The notes under the pieces are model-generated. The model was not told the origin of the DNA. It saw only the letters and a program-made list of their open reading frames with translations, and searched no databases. 64,000 nucleotides of DNA, from contig OZ038378.1 of assembly GCA_964036045.1 (NCBI GenBank), forward strand, positions 199,206,001 through 199,270,000, given 5' to 3'. Positions 28,801-34,083 of this stretch are shown here, piece by piece. Origin of the DNA: Eutreptiella sp. 'Long Island Sound 2002' (lineage: Eukaryota; Protista; Euglenida). A program made the translations under genes and the position numbers. Numbering within the stretch: position 1 is the stretch's first letter; every line of letters starts with the position of its first letter.

Positions 28801-31354
28801 GGGGCCCCTGCAGGAGGAGAGCGCGTCGTGGGTGGACGCCGTGGTGGCGGCCATGCAAGCGCATGCGGCGAACCCGGAGGTGCAGCTGTGGGGCTGCCGC
28901 GCCCTCGTGCCGCTGCTGAGGCTGCACGGCCCGGCGGCGGGCGCGGGCGCGGGCGCGGAGGTTGTGGCGGAGGCTCTCAGGCAGCACCAGCCCGACACCC
29001 GCGTGCTCGAGGCGGCGTGCGAGGCCTTGCAGGCCCTGTATGCGGGGGGCTGCCCGGCGGAGCGGCGGACCGTGGCGCTGCTGACGCGGGCCATGGGCCA
29101 GCACCTGCAAAGCGCGGCCCTGCAGGCACATGGCTGCGGGGCACTCCACGCCCTGGCCCGCGCAGAGGGAGGGCACGCGGCGGTGCAGGAGGCGGTGGGC
29201 GCCGTGACCGCGGCGCTCCAGGCACACCCGTCCTGCCCCACAGTGCAGGCGCAGGGGCTGGGGATGCTGCAGTGGGCGCTGGAGCCGTGCCACGGGCCCC
29301 CGGAGGCTGGAGCGGCGTTGGTGGCGGTGGTGGTGAAGGCGTTGGGCCGGTACGAGGGGGACGCCGGAGTGCAGGCGCCGGGGGTGCAGGTGCTGCGGCA
29401 CCTGGCGGCGCAACCGGACAACCATCTGGTGCTCGGGGACGAGGGGGCGGTGCAGGTGCTGGTGGCGGCGGCACGGCAGGCCCTGCGGCAGGCGGCCCCT
29501 GCGGATGCAGCGCCTTTGCAGGCGACCTCTGGCCATGCGGCCTGTGCGCATGCGACTGCTGCGAGCGTCGTGGAGGTAAGCTGCGCTGCACTGGCGGACA
29601 TCGCAGATGGAGCCCAGGGCGCAGCACGTGTCGGGGCGGGCGGGGCTGCCGAGGTGGTGTTGGAGGCCATGGGGCGCCACGCAGGCCGTGCCGTGCTGCA
29701 GGAGCAGGGCTGTCGGTTACTGGCGGCGTTGCTTGCGTGGCCGCAGTGGCAGGGGCTGCAGCAGGCACTGGAGGCAGCGCTGGCGGCGATGGCAGGGCAC
29801 AGCGCGGCGGCTGCCGTGCAGGCGTCAGCCTGCAGAGTCTTGCTCGGGCTGGTGGCCGCCGGGGCTCCGCCCCCGGCGCCCCCCGCGGCCGCAGTCTGTG
29901 CTGCGGCCGGCGCGGCGCTGGAGGCGCACCCCGGCGACGCCGGGCTGGTCGCGGACTGCTGCCGGCTCCTGGCGCACTTTACGTGTGATGCCGGGCCGCC
30001 GGCCGCCGCAGCCGCGACCTGGTGCCTCGTGCCCCTCGCAATGGGGGCCCATCCCACCGACCTCCTGGTCCAGGGGCACGGCGCGCGGTGCCTGGCGGGC
30101 CTCGTGCGGCAGGGGCTGGGCGACGGGCAGTGGGTGGTGGTGCTGATGCGGGCGCTGCAGGAGCACCCCCGGGCGGAGGGCGTGCTGCGGCACAGCCTCG
30201 CGGCGCTGCACGGCCTCGCCAGCGCTGCGGGGGCGCCCGGCCGCTGCTGCATGGCCAAGGGGAGCGCCAGCGTGGCCCAGGCCATGCGCGACCACCCCCG
30301 GCACCGCGACATCCAGCGGCACGGCTGTGCGCTGCTGTGCGCGATCGCACAGGAGACCGCCGCGGCCCGCGAGATGGTGGCGTCGGGGGCCCTAAGCCCC
30401 GCGACCGCCGCCGTGCTCGACGCGATGCGCGGCGACTCCGAAGGGGGCGACGTCCGCGACGGCGCGCGGGCCGCGCTCCGGGGCCTGGCGCTCGGAGTCT
30501 ACAACCGCGCGTTGCCGGCGGAGGGGCAGGCAGCGGCGGCCGCAGCGGCCGCGGCCCGGCTCATGCGGCAGTGGGCCACGAACCGCGCGATCCAGGCGCA
30601 CGGCTGCGCGGCGCTGCAGGAGCTCGCGTGCGTGTGCCCCACCGCGACCTCCGGCGCCGAGGCAGTGGCGGTGCCGGCGGTGCTGTCCGCAATGCAGGAG
30701 CATCCGGACCACCAGGACATCCACGATGCCGGCGGTGCGCTGCTGCGGGGGTGGGCCCAGCAGCCTCCGACCCGCTGCCTGATCGATCAGCACCGCGGCG
30801 TAGCCATCCTCCTGCGGAGTCTGAGGGCGCAGGCGGATTCCGCCCCCGCGCAGGAACACGGGTGCGCGGTACTCGCCGCCCTGGCCGCCCATTTGGGCCG
30901 TGCGAAGGCGATCCTGGAGGACGGGGGCCTGGACGTCGCGCTGGCGGCACTGAGGCGGCACACGGGGGCCGCGGCCGTGCAGGAGCAGGGGTGTGAGCTT
31001 GTGGGCCAGCTGGTCACGCAGGGGGGCCGAAGGGAGGAGGCACACGCGGCAGGGGCCGTGGAGGCGGTCCAGGCGGCGGCCGCGCAGCATCCCTCGCACT
31101 CGGGCGTGCAGGCGAGTGCCGCCCGCGCCCTGCGGTGCCTCGCGTCCCGCGCCAACAGCTGCGACGACGCGTTCCAGCGGACGGTGGCCCTCCTGACATC
31201 CGCGACCCCTGAGGCCAAGTCCTCCGGGCCCGGGGCGCCTCTGAAGGCTAAGCCCACACCCAAGTCCCTGCCAACGCCCAAGCCCAAGCCCAAGCCCAAG
31301 CCCAAACCAAAAGTACCCGCTCTGATGCCGGGGAAGCCCAGCGCTCTGCCCTGA
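10841..31354 (+). CDS. Giant exon (6,837 codons plus stop): ADP-ribosyltransferase domain, very long armadillo-like repeat array, disordered linker, second ARM block and PK-rich tail
   Basis: A 20.5-kb stop-free frame with strong GC3 bias and a coherent repeated unit (..V..AM..H....VQ..GC..L..L..). The GTG start at 10847 in the ORF track is an artefact; the exon starts at 10841. Confidence 0.93.
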   Translation: MEVLEERQGELKEEDLLAIYTYSYELKSRQDPAQSWVHQIYRDMNASMRKRDETALNLWRPFIFHLDKALAKLSCFTQTLWRGVGVTFDDRVYAHGEIVSWPAFSSSSLDIRVAQDFFMGKEQEVREGGTLFLLKTKYGRRVYTYSKFPEEREVLFPSNSTFRVTRRLTKEEKSQYNTTIDIVELEQVDEREFALDPASIGRIVSYMQKNLNSASHQEQGCRDLWPFAESPEHRVQFLGDGALTVVVEAMGRHPSHVGVQEHGCGILCFLCANLTDLPRFISAGAVEALQSAAFLHQAHAGVAQQACTAMRHLTAAGGFGSLGISGDVAAMVVELMLRHGQQLGVQTGGCGALHNITGHELSVGADGLRKACHVVVQAMKLHPEDAVIQEHGCGVLSRLAAVPEPWTDGGQVEATGRVLDAMLSFADRAVLQVSGCVAVHRLTAASEAQPADAERGIEALKRAMETYRQDAAVAESACGSVTYFARAAALQGLMLHSELFQCIVKAMGEHLAVQGVQDLGCGALNELMASGAEASAADMGAALEVVVKAMRQHRRHAGVQREGCTFFGRFLGGGGGLDESRGGEILERTVEAMQHHGTNVRIQECGCHVLARLAAGDARQVVSTRKAVAVGVVLAAMSRHPSQALLQQHCCVFFSMVPVDASHGLMQALKSLIEALRLHRHVEGVQLAGCSALCSCAAEASASVAMVEMGVLGVIAGGMQANRAHAAVQLHNCKALAMLGPHVTDQSDMTFVGAVSMILDAMGRFEDDAGLQRSACEALLSFLGDPARLRDMFSQSVQSTLHAMKLHPEDAVIQEHGCGVLSRLAAVPEPWTDGGQVEATGRVLDAMLSFADRAVLQVSGCVAVHRLTAASEAQPADAERGIEALKRAMETYRQDAAVAESACGSVTYFARAAALQGLILHSELFQCIVKAMGEHLAVQGVQDLGCGALNELMASGAEVSAADMGAALEVVVKAMRQHRRHAGVQREGCTFFGRFLGGGGGLDESRGGEILERTVEAMQHHGTNVRIQECGCHVLARLAAGDAALPALLAPDSMQVLLDAMAAQSQNVPLLLDGCGVLEALASHAPSQHHIVASGGPAAMVAALRQHPLEEALQELGCTALCRIAAAEGGPGALAEADAAQALVASMGQYPGHGAMQAHGCQALRLLAHYVQQRSPTTPAPAAGHAHVSVEAASREQVTGAHEAAPPAEAPEPIQPPLPNMSGAVRVLLAALQQHPEQPSLAEDVCRALGHLLVDPRTAPALVEAGAVDHLLGLMRSSLAARPLLEAATAVLCVVLEDVPAVAGPLAASGAVSLTVSTLQRHKDSGDLQQHGCRMLRVLLDPALTGAGAFAEQAVETVLQAMWRHPDRSQLQAAACGILRAVSSAGNGVELLATAGAIRPVTGAMQRHPQESDIQEPGCALLGQFVAVDRLIARVLEAGGVQAILQAMQQQPHATGVQATGCAALQRLAGHVALWSGAEGLDAGVALLEVLRVHVTDAAIPGAACAVLCRLAAAAPDLQPRLAAPEALQSVLGALQTPAPSPELLADGCALLCLVLGGREGDSPAPALPPRLLGDLCAVGLAALQCSPAPEGPQAAACTLLAILSGTGAGRQTICRLGAAGPVLQAMAQGGAALGLQRAACRLLYHLRDCLWPGPPPPALEPVVAPPEPRGTSPPSSPRPPLSPRPGACPPAPPVGSALVLVVQALHRHPDCERLQMYGTGVLLGLRAHAEAWRLLPEAVPALVDGMRRHGPSAVVQAHACSLLALLAAEPALCGRIAVAGGVAAVCGAMGQHAADPALQESGCAALQHLASPGGADGDEAAARAVLQAMRGHRGHALCQEQACTALWAWAEDGERRAALRREGALEAVQETLAHNTEPERLQSLALRALARLTLAGADGLKAAARADLVLQAMRAYGGSAAVQAHAAGVLWHAALAEGGAGPVVAAGAVEVLVVALRAHAEPPKLHVHACGALGCVAAHGHAAGVAAAGGLLAVLSSLDRHQGDALVVEEGLGLLRALVELRAQELVAADGVRVVVRAMRRHGAEGALQAQGCAVLGQLMLLGVEAGLLAEAGAMGAVAEALAAHADRAELPSVGLEVLRALTAAPQHCSAADTPVVCKAVLRGMRASPGDAALQAKGCTAAHHLSRAPGRAPAVAETGLISAMLGAMGQHAADACVQEQACGAIWHLSLDAGSQGRVAGAGAHAGVLRAMQGHRGRPGVQQAGCGVLQGLAAAPDSLSLLLAAGAVRAVAEALQAHAAHLGVQVQGMAALHALALTPEGAQAVGRAQGAELALQAMLGHRAELPAQETGCRLLQALAGEGAWHETPRDCGLEAVLAAAQRFPDAPALLRAVCGVLGWLPARGDAAAPAPELEAVLGMLRRHPADRALQEAGLHALHGLVPGPCAPAGVPSEAIGHAVVASMRLGPDCPGVQERGCRVLRRLLGAPQGQEAVLQTGALALVWAALRRHPAHAALQEAGCDVLAALDLTHVARPASQTDDTVAGLVSAMRHHIADARFLERACDAVRALAREDAWQQQLLGAGALDVVTEGLQMHLGSPELQEHATAALVCLSRPPGLAAPGVAFVEAVIAAMDRNCTHAAVQANGCAVLAHAAAAVGASEELCTAAAACAVAALAHHAAAVDVVCQAMTALSCAAGPALASWPVGEVEAAALVAAFARHAAHPGVHLHGCRALRCLAQSPGARAALTAKGAGGAVLQAMARHLPQVDLQEAACRALQALLEDPALLGWVAGADALQGVLQALHRHPAQAGLQHQGLAVLCRMAAAPAAVPRLRAAGACLVARRSVEQAPDHELVRQEGERLLWALREAGAGVGARTGLQADFQLIVATMQQHPSVQLIQADAVQALLMFSGDSECCRAMATRAIAEAMSKAMARGGKHRHVQAGGCRLLNRLLDQGLQDLDLGLALTGGLKMMQGHPLDAEVQAEGSQLLCRLSHAAGELAEPSRVRSVTAVMKALQGHPLSGPVQMWGSQVLSHVAEAPELCPGLREAGAGLALLDALARHAAAAEVVRAAAAALGLLIAAEPAAYPGAWEALAAALQRHAGDAGVVQHCCAALCPLTGGGLGLAAAVVAELVPPVLDGLHQQPHDPDVQAQGCRLLCSLGPAAVGGHAVAHPERWVALLDTLRASCAEAAQEEVCSLVHTLALTPAGAPCLAEAAVQTAVEGMRRHTPAVGVQEKGCEALLAWAERALDAAAAGGGVGAVVAAMQQHPAQASLQELGCRALRALLPVADAPLEVHGNGAFTLGSAAGGLALRPAAETPDVKVLAAVVQAMQLQPTHRDLQALGCGLLRDLLGSAECRVWCGVEGPGAAVLASVLQRYPQCPATQGPGSQALCLLAAERAAHAALWAAQGVEAVRTVLRCGDARTQCNGCGAVANLAAGPEAALRLVAAGVRGDVAGAMSRALRQPEVQLLGCIALWKLGAATNTPMAPAPETAVLAAVVAAMQAHPTDCSLQGHACHALLSFLGASRDVLDQTPAVVTLVLAAMRAHPADPRVQEKGCQVLLEVRGQGPGPGAAAAVDGGALEVVVAGMYEHAAHAAIQEAACGVLLWLVGLPALEEWSLTATVTLPVQRALARHPGSRALQDVGTTLLARFGLPPPNPATPVTYGLTTVIQEMEQPQASAGTLALACRIVQHLADTDALCPQEVGRAMRLVAEAMQRHPRDAALAEHACRALGALASHADAADRTPAVETVVGVMQLHMDRPGVQEEGCRALHRLLSPPHPQPGVPRAVEAVLGAMRRFEDCARVQEHGAAAMLGLVALGADAGPGAEPLIEAGALRVLAQAMTQHAEDAGVQQQCCRALRTLGAQRGPNLRAAVMQALQRHTDHWLLQADGCAVLRALAGGWAAAPGAAACALGLAVAAVTRHGARRSVVVEACWLAVRIAGKEGVPVEAEEARGLAEGVLRALRAHPHDEALQEAGFAALEAVPVLGAGAATRIAAALAEALQQYASNTALLSYGLGALLGLVRATPQPAELQAVAAAALPAVVHAMGQPPPKGLQAQGRSCALLRHCGMPCPADLAPERLVTAVLDAIRQHRDPPAPAPAPAPAREPQTAQVVELQEDACHVLSAVMASATALPAPLMAEAWVEVAASLQCHMASPAIRGPALALLAALLRAPWTPAAPHATAAADAILQALQHADCDAGARQHCCAILHGIGAVLPPEQATRAAAVLVTTLQHHREHAALQALACAALQTLAEAPEARALMLQADAVHVVVAVMQRHLQSEAVQQHGCRLLQALVMEAGEDLAGPLEVVTRSLGAFPEHAQLQEDGCRALLLIVSAQPSYRSLVAQGGGFDEVVSAMARHVDSPALQEHAARLVGALAQACARAGPPPRWARACDALLAAMRRHPASLPVQDAACGAVRTLIREMAEWPGAAGQEALVDALVETMRCHSAQAALQREACEILCHLAAAPVLQEPRLGHVVGALVAMLEAHQANEAVQEAGCRCLGRVAAHGPASRARLADDWAMVRLLEALWLHPDSAALQGEACGVLRHLAADPALRPRLCDMGAPGRVVAAMLRFPRSAALQRDGCAALWGLSSLCNAAGLPAVLAALQHHPQDRAVLLPGVGALAAWAGRADTRPGAARPDTVAAVLQAMQQEPGHAALQEACCAFAAALAADPSARLHVTSAPLPDAPPELALPPVPATAAVPGVAWRVLGALQRHPWHAGVQAAAPHALTQLLQTREAWRWLQDEGGLAGLVAGAMRQHPDSAAVQGPCCRALCALLDGACPPSEYPGLAPLLWHALARHEGLLDVQAPAAAALWALLPRAGHPPCPPHAVAAAIAAMRAHPLHAGLQADGTGLLVCAVRSPAAFPPALRAAALEAVFAAMGSPEAAAATQEHGLRLLADTSLRPERGEFGPRAVAAVVRAMAQHLPATALVEAGCRFLCHAAASPALRAELATSGALGLLCNAMRTHRQHPVVQLHSCETLRALAADDAVRAAVLRAGGGLLAVEVLRQHAQSGDVWEVAMATLRALVPGTAVAGFAAVMAAMQEHLAALGQLSSRAPMARASLCAAVLLTLELHPGAKLRRFSEELILHYGIEKPRGPVLGLGPVLQLMLQSPADAGVQRDGCRFMRCVLAAAAAPAPAFADAGAIPAVLRALQRHRDNRDVADGACGLLQAAADLPALRWSAVNGGAVEQVLRAMVAHQQDPGLQERACGALQALAGGAQLAELATAECLAALLGALQAHRAHTGLQRAVSELGLSPVAQLMLRSGTGLAVHMDGCRFMQCALSALAAPSQAFAEAGAIKAIVQALQAHAADGALARRACELLRAAAELPQLQWAMVTAGAVWTILKAMVTHREEVGIQETACGLLQLLAGEETALGELAHTEYVDALLGALRAHPDSRSIRGTVCALMSRIVEHIQREDAGEAWGLVVAAMQEHTDQSEVQAMGCKTMGTIAHCLAADWDWSIGTEALLMAMKRYPDDAALQGVGCWAISKLTEIAPCRPCLVSAGARALMVGVRQRHVGHLRVQEHCSIALAKLPERSPDKGVGGKGRGARRSSPWQGNRENAQPDGQHMHLPMPPAQQCRGQDHQEDEEEDSDNDDDDEEEEEEQEEEEEEDVGGDWGEEQRRGADWERHAADQKNRRSKKDENERQTRGRKQRRKRGKKGRRQSPRAVSSASPVGQRIGDPRNSSAISPRPPGESPRTRQRANSPDGAWLTQRASLEASLQLRRDASMQRSGMGKGGQWREGADALQGASTQIDALERRRRRMQYNPSVGVPVRPSARARPASADPLLEKRQMRQRMLQYTPTRGSSPRRTRPPATPDPTARRPRPPPKSPEPPGDPGPHRTPRKPPSPGPTAHPPPVPVPTEPDPLSGMMAAAAQCDALGPEDPADGDLLEYIVKTMRSHALREGVQEYGCRALHALARHPQGRAGTVGVVEAVVQAMKLFDAHETIQRLGVELLQQLLPALAPRMPLGTLRGVSLVVVLAMRTHGYQPLLQQSACGLLAVLAAREGPLQEESASWVDAVVAAMQAHAANPEVQLWGCRALVPLLRLHGPAAGAGAGAEVVAEALRQHQPDTRVLEAACEALQALYAGGCPAERRTVALLTRAMGQHLQSAALQAHGCGALHALARAEGGHAAVQEAVGAVTAALQAHPSCPTVQAQGLGMLQWALEPCHGPPEAGAALVAVVVKALGRYEGDAGVQAPGVQVLRHLAAQPDNHLVLGDEGAVQVLVAAARQALRQAAPADAAPLQATSGHAACAHATAASVVEVSCAALADIADGAQGAARVGAGGAAEVVLEAMGRHAGRAVLQEQGCRLLAALLAWPQWQGLQQALEAALAAMAGHSAAAAVQASACRVLLGLVAAGAPPPAPPAAAVCAAAGAALEAHPGDAGLVADCCRLLAHFTCDAGPPAAAAATWCLVPLAMGAHPTDLLVQGHGARCLAGLVRQGLGDGQWVVVLMRALQEHPRAEGVLRHSLAALHGLASAAGAPGRCCMAKGSASVAQAMRDHPRHRDIQRHGCALLCAIAQETAAAREMVASGALSPATAAVLDAMRGDSEGGDVRDGARAALRGLALGVYNRALPAEGQAAAAAAAAARLMRQWATNRAIQAHGCAALQELACVCPTATSGAEAVAVPAVLSAMQEHPDHQDIHDAGGALLRGWAQQPPTRCLIDQHRGVAILLRSLRAQADSAPAQEHGCAVLAALAAHLGRAKAILEDGGLDVALAALRRHTGAAAVQEQGCELVGQLVTQGGRREEAHAAGAVEAVQAAAAQHPSHSGVQASAARALRCLASRANSCDDAFQRTVALLTSATPEAKSSGPGAPLKAKPTPKSLPTPKPKPKPKPKPKVPALMPGKPSALP
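10880..11405 (+). other. NAD:arginine-type (ARTC, R-S-E clade) ADP-ribosyltransferase domain
   Basis: Motifs AIYTY...IY..MN.SMR; LWRG (Arg codon 11084-11086); WPAFSSSS (STS-like, ~11153); KFPEEREVLFP with ExE at 11291 and 11297; C-terminal strand IDIVELEQ. Confidence 0.9.
11972..12693 (+). repeat. Recent intragenic duplication, copy A (722 bp)
   Basis: Matches 13247-13968 at an offset of 1275 nt (425 codons), with only 6 differences found by eye. Confidence 0.95.
13247..13968 (+). repeat. Recent intragenic duplication, copy B (722 bp)
   Basis: See copy A; the reading frame is preserved. Confidence 0.95.
26063..26990 (+). repeat. Older tandem duplication of a 154-codon ARM block
   Basis: LGLGPVLQLMLQS...DGCRFMRC...AFADAGAIPAV...GAVEQVLRAMVAHQ aligns with LGLSPVAQLMLRS...DGCRFMQC...AFAEAGAIKAI...GAVWTILKAMVTHR. 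Offset 462 nt (26063 vs 26525). Confidence 0.85.
27371..28430 (+). other. Intrinsically disordered linker with an acidic tract, a basic NLS-like cluster and a Pro-rich segment
   Basis: 27533-27613 encodes EDEEEDSDNDDDDEEEEEEQEEEEEED; 27728-27766 encodes RKQRRKRGKKGRR; 28190-28380 is Pro/Arg-rich. Confidence 0.8.
28440..31150 (+). other. Armadillo-like repeat solenoid, block 2 (~900 aa), followed by a PK-repeat tail at ~31241-31320
   Basis: The same repeat consensus resumes at LLEYIVKTMRSHALREGVQEYGCRAL. The tail reads KPTPKSLPTPKPKPKPKPKPK. Confidence 0.85.
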
Positions 31355-32355
31355 GCCAAGGTGCCCGGGTTGTTGCAACCGAGATGCAGTGCAACCGACG
31401 CCGACTACATCGTGCAGCACAGCCCAACCCCATGCGCTGCGCGGCTCCGTAGGACCCGCCCCGATCCACTCATGGGACCCACCCACATTCGATGTGTGAT
31501 GCCGTTGGACCGGCCCGCCTTTGTGAGGCCGTGGGGCCTGCCCACGCACGATGTGACCCGACGACCCCAATGCCCTAATGCACTGCTCTGTGCCCCAGCC
31601 CTCTGTGGAATCCGGTTTTGCCCGCCCCCCCACAGCCCCCCTCCCGGCTCACTTGTCCGCGAAGGGCGGATTCCTGTACTTGTGTATGTATGTAGAAGCA
31701 TTCAATCTTGCGTGCTACTCCTAAAGACTCAGCCCTACCTCACCATCTAGCTATTTCCCCAGCCATTCATCTGCGTCATCCTCCGTGTCATCTACCCGGT
31801 GTACTGAGGCGAGCGGCACATCTCCGAGGTACAATGACAGACCGCCCTCGACACGGCACTGACCCTTCTATTGACCCTTCTATTCGTTGCTGCTGTTGTA
31901 TGTCCTGCATGTCGTCCCCGATCGCTTGCCGCTTGCTGCCGGACGCAAGACAGCCGCTTGCCAGATCCCAACAACCCGTCGGCGCATGCCGAGCCCCTCT
32001 CGCATGAACAATGCTATGGGATTTCCTTTTGACACAGACCTGATTTCGGGTGCCAAATGGCTTGCTTCAGGCCACCTCCCCTCAACTGACCCGACTGGAC
32101 AACACTGACCAAAGGGGCCAACAAAGGCCACAGCCCTAAAACAGAACACCGCCATCATCCAAAGAGGCGCCGCTGCACCCACATGCGGCGGCGGTTGAGG
32201 TTATTGCAGGCGTGCCCAGGGCTGCATTAGGACGGAAATTTATTGACGAGGAGATACCCTCACTGCCCCCCCCCCCCCCCCAGCAGTGACAAAATGTTGT
32301 CAGAGCAACGCGTTTCTGTACAGTGCTGTTTTCCCTTTTGCCAGCCCTATGGATC

Positions 32356-33093
32356 TTGGGGGTGTTGCCTGAACCGTGCGCGCACCGTGCGCGCACCGTG
32401 CGCGCACCGTGCGTCCTTTTGCGTATTCTGTGTCCACCAGATCCACAATGCCTGATTCTGAGCTGCCCTGGCTTGTCGCCGGACTGCCTGTGTACTACCA
32501 CCGCTCCAACGGGGATAGGGTGTCGGCCACTGTCGTTGACCCTTCTCCAAGAGGTGGGCGTCGCGTCTCTATTCGGTACGCATTGGGTGGTGAAGAGGTC
32601 TTGTACGAGCATGCACCCCAGGAGCGGTTGGAGTTTGCAATTGTGACTGCTGAGAGCCCCGATTCCCCCCAACCTGTGCACCATGAGGCGCCGATGGACG
32701 CTTTGCTGGAGCCCCAATTACCTGAAGTGGAAGTTGAAGCCCCTAGAATTGATGATCATGAGCCAGAATGCTGTGGCGGATGAAATTGAAATTCCTGTAA
32801 CCCAACCAGTGTTGTCGCTTGTGTCGTCGCCTGTGCATGGTTTGTTACGGAGGTGCGTGCAAGGTGCAGAAAATAGGACCCTGGAACCTGTGACAAGCAT
32901 CAGACTAAAAATTGAAGAATCCTGGTATGCCAGTATGGACTGCAAGGTGCAGAAATCAGGACCCTGGGTGTGTTTCTATGGGGGCCATTCAACGGGGTAC
33001 AAGTTGGGCCACCATCCCAAAAACATTGAACCGTGCGCGCACCGTGCACGCACCGTGCGCGCACCGTGCGCGCACCGTGCGACAACGCCCCCA
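32356..33093 (+). mobile_element. Small TIR-bounded cassette, copy 2 (intact ORF)
   Basis: Same ends (TTGGGGGTGTTG ... CAACGCCCCCA) and 11-bp ACCGTGCGCGC arrays as 6961-7772. The flanks are unrelated to those of copy 1 and no TSD is visible. Confidence 0.8.
32448..32783 (+). CDS. 111-aa cassette protein: putative SH3/Tudor-like beta-barrel plus an acidic, Pro-rich tail
   Basis: MPDSELPWLVAGLPVYYHRSNGDRVSATVVDPSPRGGRRVSIRYALGGEEVLYEHAPQERLEF shows an alternating beta-strand/turn pattern typical of SH3-like barrels (inference). It is preceded by a pyrimidine tract and AG at 32439-32440, 7 nt before the ATG. Confidence 0.55.
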   Translation: MPDSELPWLVAGLPVYYHRSNGDRVSATVVDPSPRGGRRVSIRYALGGEEVLYEHAPQERLEFAIVTAESPDSPQPVHHEAPMDALLEPQLPEVEVEAPRIDDHEPECCGG

Positions 33094-34083
33094 TTGTATA
33101 ATTGTATTATTTCAATTCATATTTTCATGGGGTACTGCTGGCGGTATTAGTCACACGTCTCCAACTGGCTCCGTGGTGTATTTTACTTATCTATAAGCAA
33201 AAATTTTTGTACCGTTGTTTCGTTTTCTAGGATTCAGTTAATTTACAAGCAACAAGCAATATTAGGGTCAGGATAACAAATATTGCCATTTCATTGAATG
33301 AAAGAAGGAGTGCATAAGAGGATGATGCTGTTCATTACTTCTTTTATTCTTTTTCCAACAAGCCACATATTTTTGAACGGTACACCGCGGTTTGTTTCCA
33401 AAATTACAGGCTGCTTGTGGTAGGTGAAATCTAACACGACCGTTGATTCATAGTGGATATCAACAAGTTGTTTTACATTTAGTCTGATTAAGTATCATGC
33501 GTGCTTTTGGACCAAAATTCAGTTCGTTAAATGTTGCAAATCGACGGAGTTTTTACGAAGGTCTAGAACCTGATAGTTGTAAAAATAATCGGGCCTCAAT
33601 GAACATTTTTACAACAGCAACTAGCTTTTTCGATTGATGGTTTTCAAAATAAACGATTTTTCTGATTGATAACCGATCGCTTTCGCATCTTTGGTGATGC
33701 AACATACAAGGAGCCGTACGAGATAAGAGTCAAGGGTGAAAGATGTTATAAAGGTGTGCTTCACAATCCACCATCGTTTGTTGCTACCAAAGCTTTTGTC
33801 TAGTGCAAAAATCACACACAACATTGCACAGTACACCTCCAAAAGTTTGCAGCCACTGCGATTAGTTACTTGGACGTAGCTATCCAGGCAATTGAACGCG
33901 CTAATTGTTTTGAAAAAACCTCCGATTAGTGCCGACAACCGGCAATTGCGAAAACTTGGTAAAACCAGTTCAGAGCCCTAGCCTGAAGATATAGTGAAGT
34001 TATTGTTTCTATTTCGGGATACAAACTAGCATGTATAGGCTATCTTTTGATTCGAAAGCTCCGGTGGTAGTATGCATACAACA

